Of a DNA stretch of 39,234 nucleotides, positions 19,273 to 27,049 are shown piece by piece (position 1 is the stretch's first letter; the number at the start of each line of letters is the position of its first letter). Made by a program: the position numbers and the translations under genes. This stretch comes from a virus. Its lineage: Duplodnaviria; Caudoviricetes. The DNA is taken from positions 1 to 39,234 of the IMG/VR virus record IMGVR_UViG_3300018420_001673; one strand, given 5' to 3'. The notes below the pieces were generated by a model, which was not told the origin of the DNA, did not search any database, and saw only the letters and a list, made by a program, of their open reading frames with translations.

Positions 19273-19943
19273 CAGTTCCTTCCGTTGTGTGGGCACTCTA
19301 AGACTTGGCACCACTGCTTACACAGTCCGCTAGGCTTTGGGTTCCACACATCATTGTCGAAAGCCGCTTGCATACTGTTGTAGTTACTCATCCATTTATC
19401 CCACAACGCTGTCTCATCCTCAAGCGCATAACGATCTTTTATAAGATCTTCGCTTACGACAAACAAAAGCCCAGCCCGTACAGTCTCTACTTCGGGGTAG
19501 TGCTTGAAGGTAGCCAAGGCCATAAGCTCTAGCTGCCCTTTGTCAGCATATCTTGCCGACTTACCTGTCTTGTAGTCAATGACCCAAGCCAACTTATCTT
19601 CTTCATTGAGGATCAACAAGTCTGCGATCCCTCTGAACCAAACGTCTCCATCGTAGAAGCTGCACGCTTCTAGGCTTTCAGTCAGCCCCATTTTGATCTC
19701 GCACAGCTTATCGCCCTTCTTGGCGTTCAGTGCGTCAAGCATACCCTGTGCATACTTAAAGCGTGGATCTAGCTCCCCACCGTCACGTATGTATATCTCT
19801 GCTGCTTTGTGAAACTCGTCGCCATACTTGATGGCATCGGTCATCTTAAACGGATACTTCTTTACAACTTTCTCGTAGTAAAACTGTTTCGGGCACTGCT
19901 GGAATGCCTTAATCCTACTAAACGACCACGGTGCAGCACTCAA
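19272..19943 (-). CDS. PD-(D/E)XK exonuclease (Cas4/RecB-like, 1+3 Cys Fe-S pattern)
   Basis: WSFSRI...CPKQ, GIADL, IDYKTGK, QLELMA and C-terminal CKQWC....C motifs. Confidence 0.88.
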   Translation of the reverse strand: MSAAPWSFSRIKAFQQCPKQFYYEKVVKKYPFKMTDAIKYGDEFHKAAEIYIRDGGELDPRFKYAQGMLDALNAKKGDKLCEIKMGLTESLEACSFYDGDVWFRGIADLLILNEEDKLAWVIDYKTGKSARYADKGQLELMALATFKHYPEVETVRAGLLFVVSEDLIKDRYALEDETALWDKWMSNYNSMQAAFDNDVWNPKPSGLCKQWCQVLECPHNGRN

Positions 19944-21776
19944 TTATTCACAGTCTCCGTATGTTTTAGCCACACCACTCTCGCAATCAAGTGGTAGCCC
20001 CTCTGCCCAATCTGGTACGAACCGCATACATTCTTCAATATACTGCTGTGCTTCGTTAACTTCTTCCTCTGGCACACATGCCACAATAGAGTCATGCACT
20101 GTCAGAACGGGTGGATACTTCTTATCTATAAGTAGCATCTGTTCTGAGATAATACAACGCGCTATCGCCTGACATGCGTTCTCCACAAACTTCCCACCGT
20201 ATATCTTGGTGCGGCCTCGTCTAGTCTTGTATGTAAACTCCAGCCCTTTCTCATTCTGTTCGCCCGTAAGATCTTCATACCGCATAACTAGACCTGATGG
20301 TAGCCGGACGCCTTGTAACGCAGCTATAGGCTCTATCACAGATTGCTCACCTATACTGACCGCTGAGTTCTTAGACAGTTCCTCTAGCATAACATTAGCA
20401 TCGCGCCATAGTTTATTGATTTTCCAGTTAGTTTCGCGGTAGATGTTTATGACCCTACGGCACTCATCCATAGGTAGCTCGACGCCGAAGTTCTTAAGCT
20501 GGTCTTGGAACCGTAAAGCCCCCATGCCATACCCAGCACCAAGTATCGTGGTCTTACCTACGAACCGCTGCTGTGGGGTTATGTCCTCCTCCCGCACATC
20601 GTAGATCCGCGAAGCCATCTTGACATACACATCTTGCTTGTTGCGGAACGCTTCGGTCAGGTCATCCTGCCCTGCGAACCATGCCAACACTCTCGCCTCT
20701 ATCTGCGACGAGTCACAGTCTATGAGCATGTAACCTTCGGGGGCCATGATGCTTTTCTTTAACATCTTACCGTCAGGCCCACGGCTGGGTAGGTTCTGTA
20801 TGTTGATCTTGTCTGATCCACCCCATCTACCCGTGTGTGCGGCGTAGTACCTCACTGGAACCGGCAGAGTTCCACGCTTCGCAATGTCTATGAAACGCTG
20901 CGTGCGTGTTTCTTCCAACGTACTTTTGTTCCCAAGACGCGCAGCTACTAAGGCTTGCACGTTTAGGCTGTCGTGCTCTGCTAATGCTTTGAACCCCTCG
21001 TCTGTCTTAGCAAACGCATAGGTTTCTTTACCCGTCGCTGGGCTTATCTTGGTGGGTGGTATGGCACCTTGCTCTTTAAGAAGTTCTGCAAACTTATCGT
21101 TACTCATCAACTGCTTCTTGTCAGTTATGTTTGCAGCTTCTAGTAACTCGTCCTTACGGTCACGTATACTGATTAGGTGTTGTTCCAACAGGCCAAGATC
21201 TAGCTCAAGACGGGCCTCAATAAACATACGCAGAGTGCAGTCTATGACCTTAAGTTCTTTCTTCGGGAACATAGATTCGTTCATCAATGCGAACAATTTG
21301 TATGTCAGTTCCACATCGTTGATGCAGTAGTCGCCATACTTATCTAGTTCCGACTCCGTAAAGTCCTCTCGTCGTTTGCCGAGCGCGTTAAGTACTTCGG
21401 TTCCCTTCTCGCCGACTCCATAGCGTTCTGATAGCGCTTTGAGGCTTGCACCAACCTCCACGCCATGTAAGCCACGCCCCATGCACATAGTATCAGCCCA
21501 AGCGCGAGGGCGAATACCAAATAGCCAAGACAATATAGCCCCATCAAACATGGTGTTGTGAGCCAATACCATGCTGTTCGCCCAATCGAAGTCATTGAAA
21601 TACTCTCTAAATTCTTCATGCGTGCCGCTGGCCCACTCTGTCGGCCCGTTGTTGACCTTCACAGATACACCGATGATCTCAAAGCGAGGGTCACGTATGT
21701 ATTCTTCTGTGGTCAGTTTCGACAGTGAGAAGTCTTTACTGTAGTACGTCTCAAAATCTACAGTTATAAGATCCAC
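19944..21776 (-). CDS. polA: Family A DNA polymerase with 3'-5' exonuclease domain
   Basis: DFETY, AHN..FD and YC.ND exo motifs; TGRW; motif A DSSQIEAR; motif B RFVGKTTILGAGYG; motif C TVHDS. Confidence 0.95.
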   Translation of the reverse strand: MDLITVDFETYYSKDFSLSKLTTEEYIRDPRFEIIGVSVKVNNGPTEWASGTHEEFREYFNDFDWANSMVLAHNTMFDGAILSWLFGIRPRAWADTMCMGRGLHGVEVGASLKALSERYGVGEKGTEVLNALGKRREDFTESELDKYGDYCINDVELTYKLFALMNESMFPKKELKVIDCTLRMFIEARLELDLGLLEQHLISIRDRKDELLEAANITDKKQLMSNDKFAELLKEQGAIPPTKISPATGKETYAFAKTDEGFKALAEHDSLNVQALVAARLGNKSTLEETRTQRFIDIAKRGTLPVPVRYYAAHTGRWGGSDKINIQNLPSRGPDGKMLKKSIMAPEGYMLIDCDSSQIEARVLAWFAGQDDLTEAFRNKQDVYVKMASRIYDVREEDITPQQRFVGKTTILGAGYGMGALRFQDQLKNFGVELPMDECRRVINIYRETNWKINKLWRDANVMLEELSKNSAVSIGEQSVIEPIAALQGVRLPSGLVMRYEDLTGEQNEKGLEFTYKTRRGRTKIYGGKFVENACQAIARCIISEQMLLIDKKYPPVLTVHDSIVACVPEEEVNEAQQYIEECMRFVPDWAEGLPLDCESGVAKTYGDCE

Positions 21777-22070
21777 TTACTCAACCCTCCAGTAACGTAC
21801 TGTATCCCTATCGTTACTTAATCGTGTGCTTAGCCTTATTCCCCTGTTGCGAGCCACTGCGTAAAAACGTTCACCTTCCTTAGAAAACAACTGATTTCCC
21901 CTTCGTTTTGCATCTACAGAAAACTCAATACTGTCACCAACTTCCATAACGTCTAACGCATCGTGAATATATTTAGTTTTGTGGTAACCCCTACTTTTCT
22001 CTGGAAACGGTATGCCTTTATCTATCTTCAACTTCTTACCAACTTCGGGGCGGTGCTGAATGGTAGCCAT
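21777..22070 (-). CDS. Small basic protein of the MEVGDS...WR type
   Basis: KIDKGIPFP...MEVGDSIEF...VRYWRVE. Confidence 0.75.
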   Translation of the reverse strand: MATIQHRPEVGKKLKIDKGIPFPEKSRGYHKTKYIHDALDVMEVGDSIEFSVDAKRRGNQLFSKEGERFYAVARNRGIRLSTRLSNDRDTVRYWRVE

Positions 22071-22071
22071 A

Positions 22072-22641
22072 TCAACCCCCCAGCCGCTTGATTTCAGCGT
22101 CTATATAGAAGCGGATCTTCTTGGCATCGCGTAGCTCATCACTGTGAGATGACTCGCCGTAACGGTACGCAGCGCGGAATATCTCACCGACCTGTGCGTT
22201 CATGTTCTTGTGCGAGATTAGGTCTTGCAGTTCTTTCGCGCCTTCGGGTAATTCGTAGTAAGACGCGGTGCTACCGTCGCTAACTTGTTTACAGGGAACA
22301 TTGTTGATTACCAACTGCTGTGTTGTAGTTCCCGGATGTGTTACCAATGGCGGTGTTTTGTGTTCCTGTGGGATGTAGTTCTTAGACTTAACGCGAGACG
22401 CAACGCTACTGAGCGTGGCTTCTGCCTCTGTACTGGTATCAGGTTCATCCAACGCGAGCGTGGTCTGCTCTGGCGCGTTGGGATCTGTCCGCTGCTCAAG
22501 CCATAGGTTGCGTGCGCTCCACATAGTTCCATAGGGGCGCTTAAATAACTTAACTAATGCAGATACTTGTGTGTCTGGGTTGCGGTCTAAATAGTTTATG
22601 ACCTCACTGCGTACTGACGGTTTATGCTTTCTCTTAGCCAT
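22072..22641 (-). CDS. Protein with C-terminal DUF3310/T7 gp1.7-like (putative nucleotide kinase) domain and N-terminal extension
   Basis: ASYY...GEIFRAAYRYG......RDAKKIRFYI resembles the G...KY..R.G.K....DL.KA..Y pattern; start after GGAGAATC. Confidence 0.55.
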   Translation of the reverse strand: MAKRKHKPSVRSEVINYLDRNPDTQVSALVKLFKRPYGTMWSARNLWLEQRTDPNAPEQTTLALDEPDTSTEAEATLSSVASRVKSKNYIPQEHKTPPLVTHPGTTTQQLVINNVPCKQVSDGSTASYYELPEGAKELQDLISHKNMNAQVGEIFRAAYRYGESSHSDELRDAKKIRFYIDAEIKRLGG

Positions 22642-22653
22642 TTGATTCTCCAA

Positions 22654-22938
22654 TCAAGTTAGTAATTCTGTAATGTTGTGCATATTCGCTTCATTCACCA
22701 CCAAAGCGATGCCATTACTCTCTGTAATATCTTTAAGATTCTTCTCCTGCAGTGCTGTGGGTTTGTTCTTCCCCGCCTTGCATTCAATCCCAAAGAACTT
22801 ACCCTTGTAACACCCAACGATGTCAGGCACACCGCTACGCCCGTAGCCACCTGTCGCTGGGTAAAAATAGTATGCTTTAATCTCGCGTAACTGCTGCGCT
22901 ACGACTTTTTTTACTTTTGCTTCCGGTGTCATCGCCAT
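22654..22938 (-). CDS. VRR-NUC nuclease (putative Holliday junction resolvase)
   Basis: TPEAKVK, GVPDIV, GIECKA and PTALQ motifs. Confidence 0.9.
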   Translation of the reverse strand: MAMTPEAKVKKVVAQQLREIKAYYFYPATGGYGRSGVPDIVGCYKGKFFGIECKAGKNKPTALQEKNLKDITESNGIALVVNEANMHNITELLT

Positions 22939-23050
22939 TGGTATGCTCCTTCAGCAATCGTTCAATACGAATTAGTGTGTCTAAGACTTCATTCTGTATG
23001 TCGAGCAGTCGCTCCACATCACTCTCTTCAATTTCAAATAAGATCTTCAT
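22877..23050 (-). CDS. Small hypothetical coiled-coil protein
   Basis: ATGA coupling with the upstream stop at 23047-23050; MKILFEIEESDVERLL. Confidence 0.6.
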   Translation of the reverse strand: MKILFEIEESDVERLLDIQNEVLDTLIRIERLLKEHTNGDDTGSKSKKSRSAAVTRD

Positions 23051-23268
23051 AAGGTACGCCACAGCCCCCACACGTCATCTTTCAATTGGCGCTGTGCTGT
23101 GCCATATCCCCTATCACGCATGTGTTTTCGGCACGCATTAAGTTCTCTAAGATCACTAAACTCTACGCTGTCACCCACTTCCATCTTGGTAACAAGTTCT
23201 GCCCACTTACTCCAACGCCGTTCCTTGGGTTCGGGAAGCAGTAAGTTCTTATTGATTTTGTATTCCAT
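23047..23268 (-). CDS. Small protein of the MEVGDS...WR type
   Basis: GAGG RBS before ATG 23268; KINKNLLLP...MEVGDSVEF...GLWRTL. Confidence 0.75.
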   Translation of the reverse strand: MEYKINKNLLLPEPKERRWSKWAELVTKMEVGDSVEFSDLRELNACRKHMRDRGYGTAQRQLKDDVWGLWRTL

Positions 23269-23290
23269 ACAGCCTCGTAAAACTGGTATC

Positions 23291-23317
23291 AAATCTAGTC
23301 CTGTCCAGACTAGATTT
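23291..23317. promoter_or_regulatory. Palindrome AAATCTAGTC-N7-GACTAGATTT (candidate operator, copy 1)
   Basis: Perfect 10-bp arms; the core recurs at 31416-31436. Confidence 0.6.
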
Positions 23318-23320
23318 TGA

Positions 23321-23367
23321 AAATCCCGCCTTCGACCACACGGACGGGAACGTGTCAATCAGGGTCG
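23321..23367 (-). ncRNA. Pseudoknotted RNA motif, copy B
   Basis: CGACC/GGUCG, ACACG/CGUGU, and loop CCCGUC pairing with GGCGGG; same topology as copy A. Confidence 0.65.
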
Positions 23368-23536
23368 GAGAACCCCTTAGTCTATTCGTATTAGTTGATG
23401 TGATTGTCCGTATGAAACCCCATAATGAGAAGGGCGTGCGGCGGCACTTCATCACATCTATTCTTTATCCCCGTAGTAAGGAGATGGAACAGTCGGACGC
23501 TAATACCCACCCGACAGCTATATCCGCACTCAACAT
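23364..23536 (-). ncRNA. manA-like structured RNA
   Basis: Seen: GUCGG/CCGAC hairpin whose loop GUAUUAG pairs with distal CUAAUAC, a GAUGUGAU/AUCACAUC stem, and closing GUUGAG/CUCCGAC. The segments GAAGUGCCGCCGCAC, AUACGGACA and CUAAGGGGUUCUC match my recollection of manA RNAs; not verified by search. Confidence 0.65.
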
Positions 23537-23538
23537 TC

Positions 23539-23844
23539 TTAGTCTGCTTCAACCATAAACATAGTCTCTGAGATCTTATGTCCTATGGCATCCATAGAGT
23601 AACCCTCTGGTGCAACCGCCAAGACCGCGATCTTGGTCTGCAACCAATTTGGCATATCTTTGACGCTACGGTACACTTCTTGTACATTTGAGTCAACACA
23701 TCCTACACCAATACATTGCACTTTTATCGCCTCATCAGTTGAGACAAGGTACGAGGTATGGTTTGGCTGCATAACATGTTTAGCCAAAGCACTGTTGAGC
23801 CTTAACTTTTCAGTGTACTCAGTACTAGATTTCTTAGTAAACAC
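23539..23844 (-). CDS. Hypothetical protein, paralogous to the C-terminus of the upstream gene
   Basis: MPNWLQTKIAVL.V...G.....IG.KI pattern. Confidence 0.7.
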   Translation of the reverse strand: MFTKKSSTEYTEKLRLNSALAKHVMQPNHTSYLVSTDEAIKVQCIGVGCVDSNVQEVYRSVKDMPNWLQTKIAVLAVAPEGYSMDAIGHKISETMFMVEAD

Positions 23845-24709
23845 ACAGCACCTCGTCGTTCAGTCGCACGCCGACATCAGGTGTAAACCTACCTTCTTCG
23901 ACGACAAATAGAACTGCTAGCTTGCTAAGTATTTCTGGAGGAAGTGCCTCCTTCACAGGGTATTCCGTGAAGTCAACTTCAAGGCTGCGTTTAAGTGCAT
24001 ACAGCGAGCCGTTCATAGGGTCGAACGGTGTCGTTACTTTGATCTTGTCATGCTCCATGACAATGAGCCGCATGGTGTGCTGTTTCTCCTCCATCAGCTT
24101 AATATCTTTATGGTATTCCGCCCACTCCTTGATGCTCGTTTTGAGTTCAGCATCTTTGAATATGTAGTTGGAGTTCACAAGATTCAAAAGCTCGTCCATA
24201 AACTTAGGTGAGTTACGTAACTCGTAATCACCACGAACAAGAAACTTATCCGTAGCCGCACGCCTCTTTGTAAGCCTATCGTCCCTCAAATCGTCATGCG
24301 CAGATCGCACACCCTCCACGTAGAAACGTGTGATCTCCTGCACACTCACTGGAGTGAGATACGTCCTTGCAGCTTTTGCGGCTGCGCCTAAGTTCTTACT
24401 CAATCGCATGGTGTGTTGCCTAGACTGTGCGCTGTAACGCCCGTTACGGATATGCCTAGCGCCCACCATGAAACGGTCAGGGTTATCTGATTCGGAATGG
24501 TCGAAGTAGTCACCATAGCCAATAAACCCACGGATGAAGTGCTCGTCAGGTTTGTAAACTGAAAAAATATCGTATTTATACCTAGCCACCGAAAGCCCCA
24601 TGCTCTCTACCACACTTACAATATCCGTCCACTCAGAAGGCATTTCGCCCCCAGTAAAACCATCCCCTACCAATTCCGACACGCGATGAAAATATCTATT
24701 GATGCTCAT
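23834..24709 (-). CDS. Hypothetical early protein (291 aa)
   Basis: Long ORF; start at ATG 24709 after AAGGGA, just downstream of the previous stop. Confidence 0.8.
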   Translation of the reverse strand: MSINRYFHRVSELVGDGFTGGEMPSEWTDIVSVVESMGLSVARYKYDIFSVYKPDEHFIRGFIGYGDYFDHSESDNPDRFMVGARHIRNGRYSAQSRQHTMRLSKNLGAAAKAARTYLTPVSVQEITRFYVEGVRSAHDDLRDDRLTKRRAATDKFLVRGDYELRNSPKFMDELLNLVNSNYIFKDAELKTSIKEWAEYHKDIKLMEEKQHTMRLIVMEHDKIKVTTPFDPMNGSLYALKRSLEVDFTEYPVKEALPPEILSKLAVLFVVEEGRFTPDVGVRLNDEVLCVY

Positions 24710-24711
24710 TA

Positions 24712-25728
24712 TTAGTTCCCTTTGTAAACAGTAGTTGTAGTTACCAGACCACACACTCGGTTGGCCCAGTTGTTAAAGTGCGCACGGCACTTGCGCAGAT
24801 CTTCAATGTCTGCTGCTTCTTTTAAGTTTGATTCGCTCAAGTAAAACACCAACAGCGGAAGCGCTGCTTCGTGATTAACATCTTTGAGCACTTCTATGGT
24901 TTCCTCTGAATGAAAATGCACATCAGAGTGCCAATGCGGAGAGCCGATCAGGTTGTATTTGTTCAGTACGTCTAGCTGCTTGCTGACATACTGATAGTCA
25001 AACGTCGGTAGCAGTGGTGCGTAGGCACAAGCCCACTCCCAGAATGTATCCAGATATGGCTTTAGTTTGGCCTTAGCTTCTTTATCCACACGGGTCTGCT
25101 TTACAGGCTCAGCTAATGGCTTACTTACTAGCTGCCATGCACGATCACCCACACACTTGAACACTAGAAACGCCCCGTCATCTTCGGCCTCGTACTTGAA
25201 GATGTTGTAGTAGGCCCCCCACTGTTTAGTTTGACGCAGGTCATCCATTGCCGCTTTAGCCGAAGGCCCACACGTAACCGACTTGGGGAGGTAATGCCGC
25301 TTGAGCATCCCATCCTCACCCCTAGCAGATACATACTGCTTGCCCTTTTCCACTACAAAGTTAAGACCTCTAGGTAGAAACTCTGTAAGGAAGTAGTACC
25401 GCCCAGTGTGCGCATAGTCTAGTCCAGTGCCGTTACGTACCTTCAAGAACACTTGACCATCCACGCGCTTCCACACCATAGGCGCGAGCATTATCTGCTC
25501 CTCTATGGTTGGGTTGGTTACACCTCCCGCCCAATAACGGCTAAACACGTCATCGCCGTAGCCATAACTATCCACAAACAGGTAGCAGTCATCGCTCACC
25601 TTCTTGATGCGCTCCCACTTCCTACGTCGCTCGGCTATTGGTCGCACGTCCTGCTCTGCTGTGTAGTTCTTACTTATCACAGGCTTGGTGCTGTGATACT
25701 TCTCTGCTACTTGATCGAATGTATGCAT
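24712..25728 (-). CDS. Hypothetical early protein (338 aa)
   Basis: Long ORF, AAGGAGAA RBS. Confidence 0.85.
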   Translation of the reverse strand: MHTFDQVAEKYHSTKPVISKNYTAEQDVRPIAERRRKWERIKKVSDDCYLFVDSYGYGDDVFSRYWAGGVTNPTIEEQIMLAPMVWKRVDGQVFLKVRNGTGLDYAHTGRYYFLTEFLPRGLNFVVEKGKQYVSARGEDGMLKRHYLPKSVTCGPSAKAAMDDLRQTKQWGAYYNIFKYEAEDDGAFLVFKCVGDRAWQLVSKPLAEPVKQTRVDKEAKAKLKPYLDTFWEWACAYAPLLPTFDYQYVSKQLDVLNKYNLIGSPHWHSDVHFHSEETIEVLKDVNHEAALPLLVFYLSESNLKEAADIEDLRKCRAHFNNWANRVCGLVTTTTVYKGN

Positions 25729-25756
25729 TAGATTCTCCTTAAGTTTTTAGTGTGGT

Positions 25757-27040
25757 TCACACTAGATCTGAAGTTTTGATGTGTAGCATCTTTCCGCAGT
25801 CGGGCACTGCGCGTGGGTTGTCTTGGATGCACCATAGGACAGGGCAGTCCCACTCGCCCCAATCGCCACCCAAGAAGCCATCGGTCAACACGATCACTGC
25901 TTGCGCGTCGATCTTGTTTTCTTTGATGTGCTCCACCACACAGTTGATATTGGTGCCACCACCGCCCCTCGGCTTGGTAGCTTTTGCTAGGTTGTCGTAG
26001 TCACCCTGCTCGTAAACTTCTTCACGCTCAAGGTAGCTACCCCAGTACAGTATGCGCACGCGCTCTGGCGCTACTGTCTCGACCACACCTACCACCTCGC
26101 TCATAAACCCACTAAGCTCCCTGTCACTGAAGCACGACCCAGACGTATCGACAGCGAACACAAGTTCCTCGACTGTCTCGCTGATGCCACTTGGTAAGTA
26201 CATACCCGCGTGCATATATCTGCGGTTGGGTCTGTTGTACGTTGAGTAGTCATTGCCACTGCATGTCGTAGTCACAAACTCCTGCAGTACATCAAGCCAA
26301 TAGATCTGCGGTTTCAACAGCGCATCCAGATTGATACCCTGCCCACCTCTGCCAGAGCCACGCATCTTGTTTGCGGCCAGCACACCCTGTCGTATGCCTT
26401 GGTCGATCTGCCTGTCTAGCTCCTTCTTCTCTTCCTCGGTAAGCTGCTGGGCACCATCCCAATCGTGGTCATCGAAACCTACAGATGTGTTGTCGTCACC
26501 CGTGGGGTTAGAACGTCCTTGTTGGGGAGTTCCTGTTTGAGTACCTACACCCGATCCACCTTGCCCATCTTCAGGAAGTTCGGGTTGTTCGGGCTGCTCG
26601 CTAAGGAGTATGTCGAACACCTGCGCTGAGTCCATACCACGGAACCGCTCGTCCACCAGACCTTCATAGTCACCCGATGGCATAACGGCAAACCCGTCAT
26701 CATTTTCGTCGTTAAGTTCAAGGTTGATAACGTAGTCGCACGCTGCGTTGGCTAGACTGTGATTGATGTCGTGTAAGTTCTTCCACGTTTTCAAGTGTCG
26801 GTACAGCTTGTGCCGTACCTCGTGCAAGATCACGTACCGTAGCTCTGCATCCGACAGTGCGTCGATCATCTCGCGGCCATACCGCTCGTCGCGCCCGTTG
26901 GTACACGCTGTAGGTATGGTGTCATCCACACTACGTTCGCCGATCAACAGCACCCCTGAGAGTGCTGCGTATTTCGGATTTGAAAAGATCTTAACGACGT
27001 TCTTCTCTAGTCGTTGTTCTGCCGTCACTGCTCCAAACAT
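25757..27040 (-). CDS. DUF2201-type metallopeptidase-vWA protein
   Basis: TACTNG, ILHEVRH (HExxH, 26810-26824), N.ACDYVIN, MIDAS DTSGS, GGGGT and LTDG motifs. Confidence 0.9.
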   Translation of the reverse strand: MFGAVTAEQRLEKNVVKIFSNPKYAALSGVLLIGERSVDDTIPTACTNGRDERYGREMIDALSDAELRYVILHEVRHKLYRHLKTWKNLHDINHSLANAACDYVINLELNDENDDGFAVMPSGDYEGLVDERFRGMDSAQVFDILLSEQPEQPELPEDGQGGSGVGTQTGTPQQGRSNPTGDDNTSVGFDDHDWDGAQQLTEEEKKELDRQIDQGIRQGVLAANKMRGSGRGGQGINLDALLKPQIYWLDVLQEFVTTTCSGNDYSTYNRPNRRYMHAGMYLPSGISETVEELVFAVDTSGSCFSDRELSGFMSEVVGVVETVAPERVRILYWGSYLEREEVYEQGDYDNLAKATKPRGGGGTNINCVVEHIKENKIDAQAVIVLTDGFLGGDWGEWDCPVLWCIQDNPRAVPDCGKMLHIKTSDLV

Positions 27041-27049
27041 TTGGTTCTC

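Noticed and set aside
23353-23358. TTGACA on the minus strand as a promoter -35
   Set aside because: No -10 at 16-18 nt spacing; the hexamer is part of pseudoknot B.
23325-23367. Hammerhead ribozyme (CUGAUUGA resembles CUGANGA)
   Set aside because: There is an extra nucleotide in the core, no GAAA after stem II, and no stem III or NUH site.
23249-23558. 68-aa ORFs on both strands over the intergenic region
   Set aside because: No convincing RBS or protein-like features; the RNA structure explains the region better.
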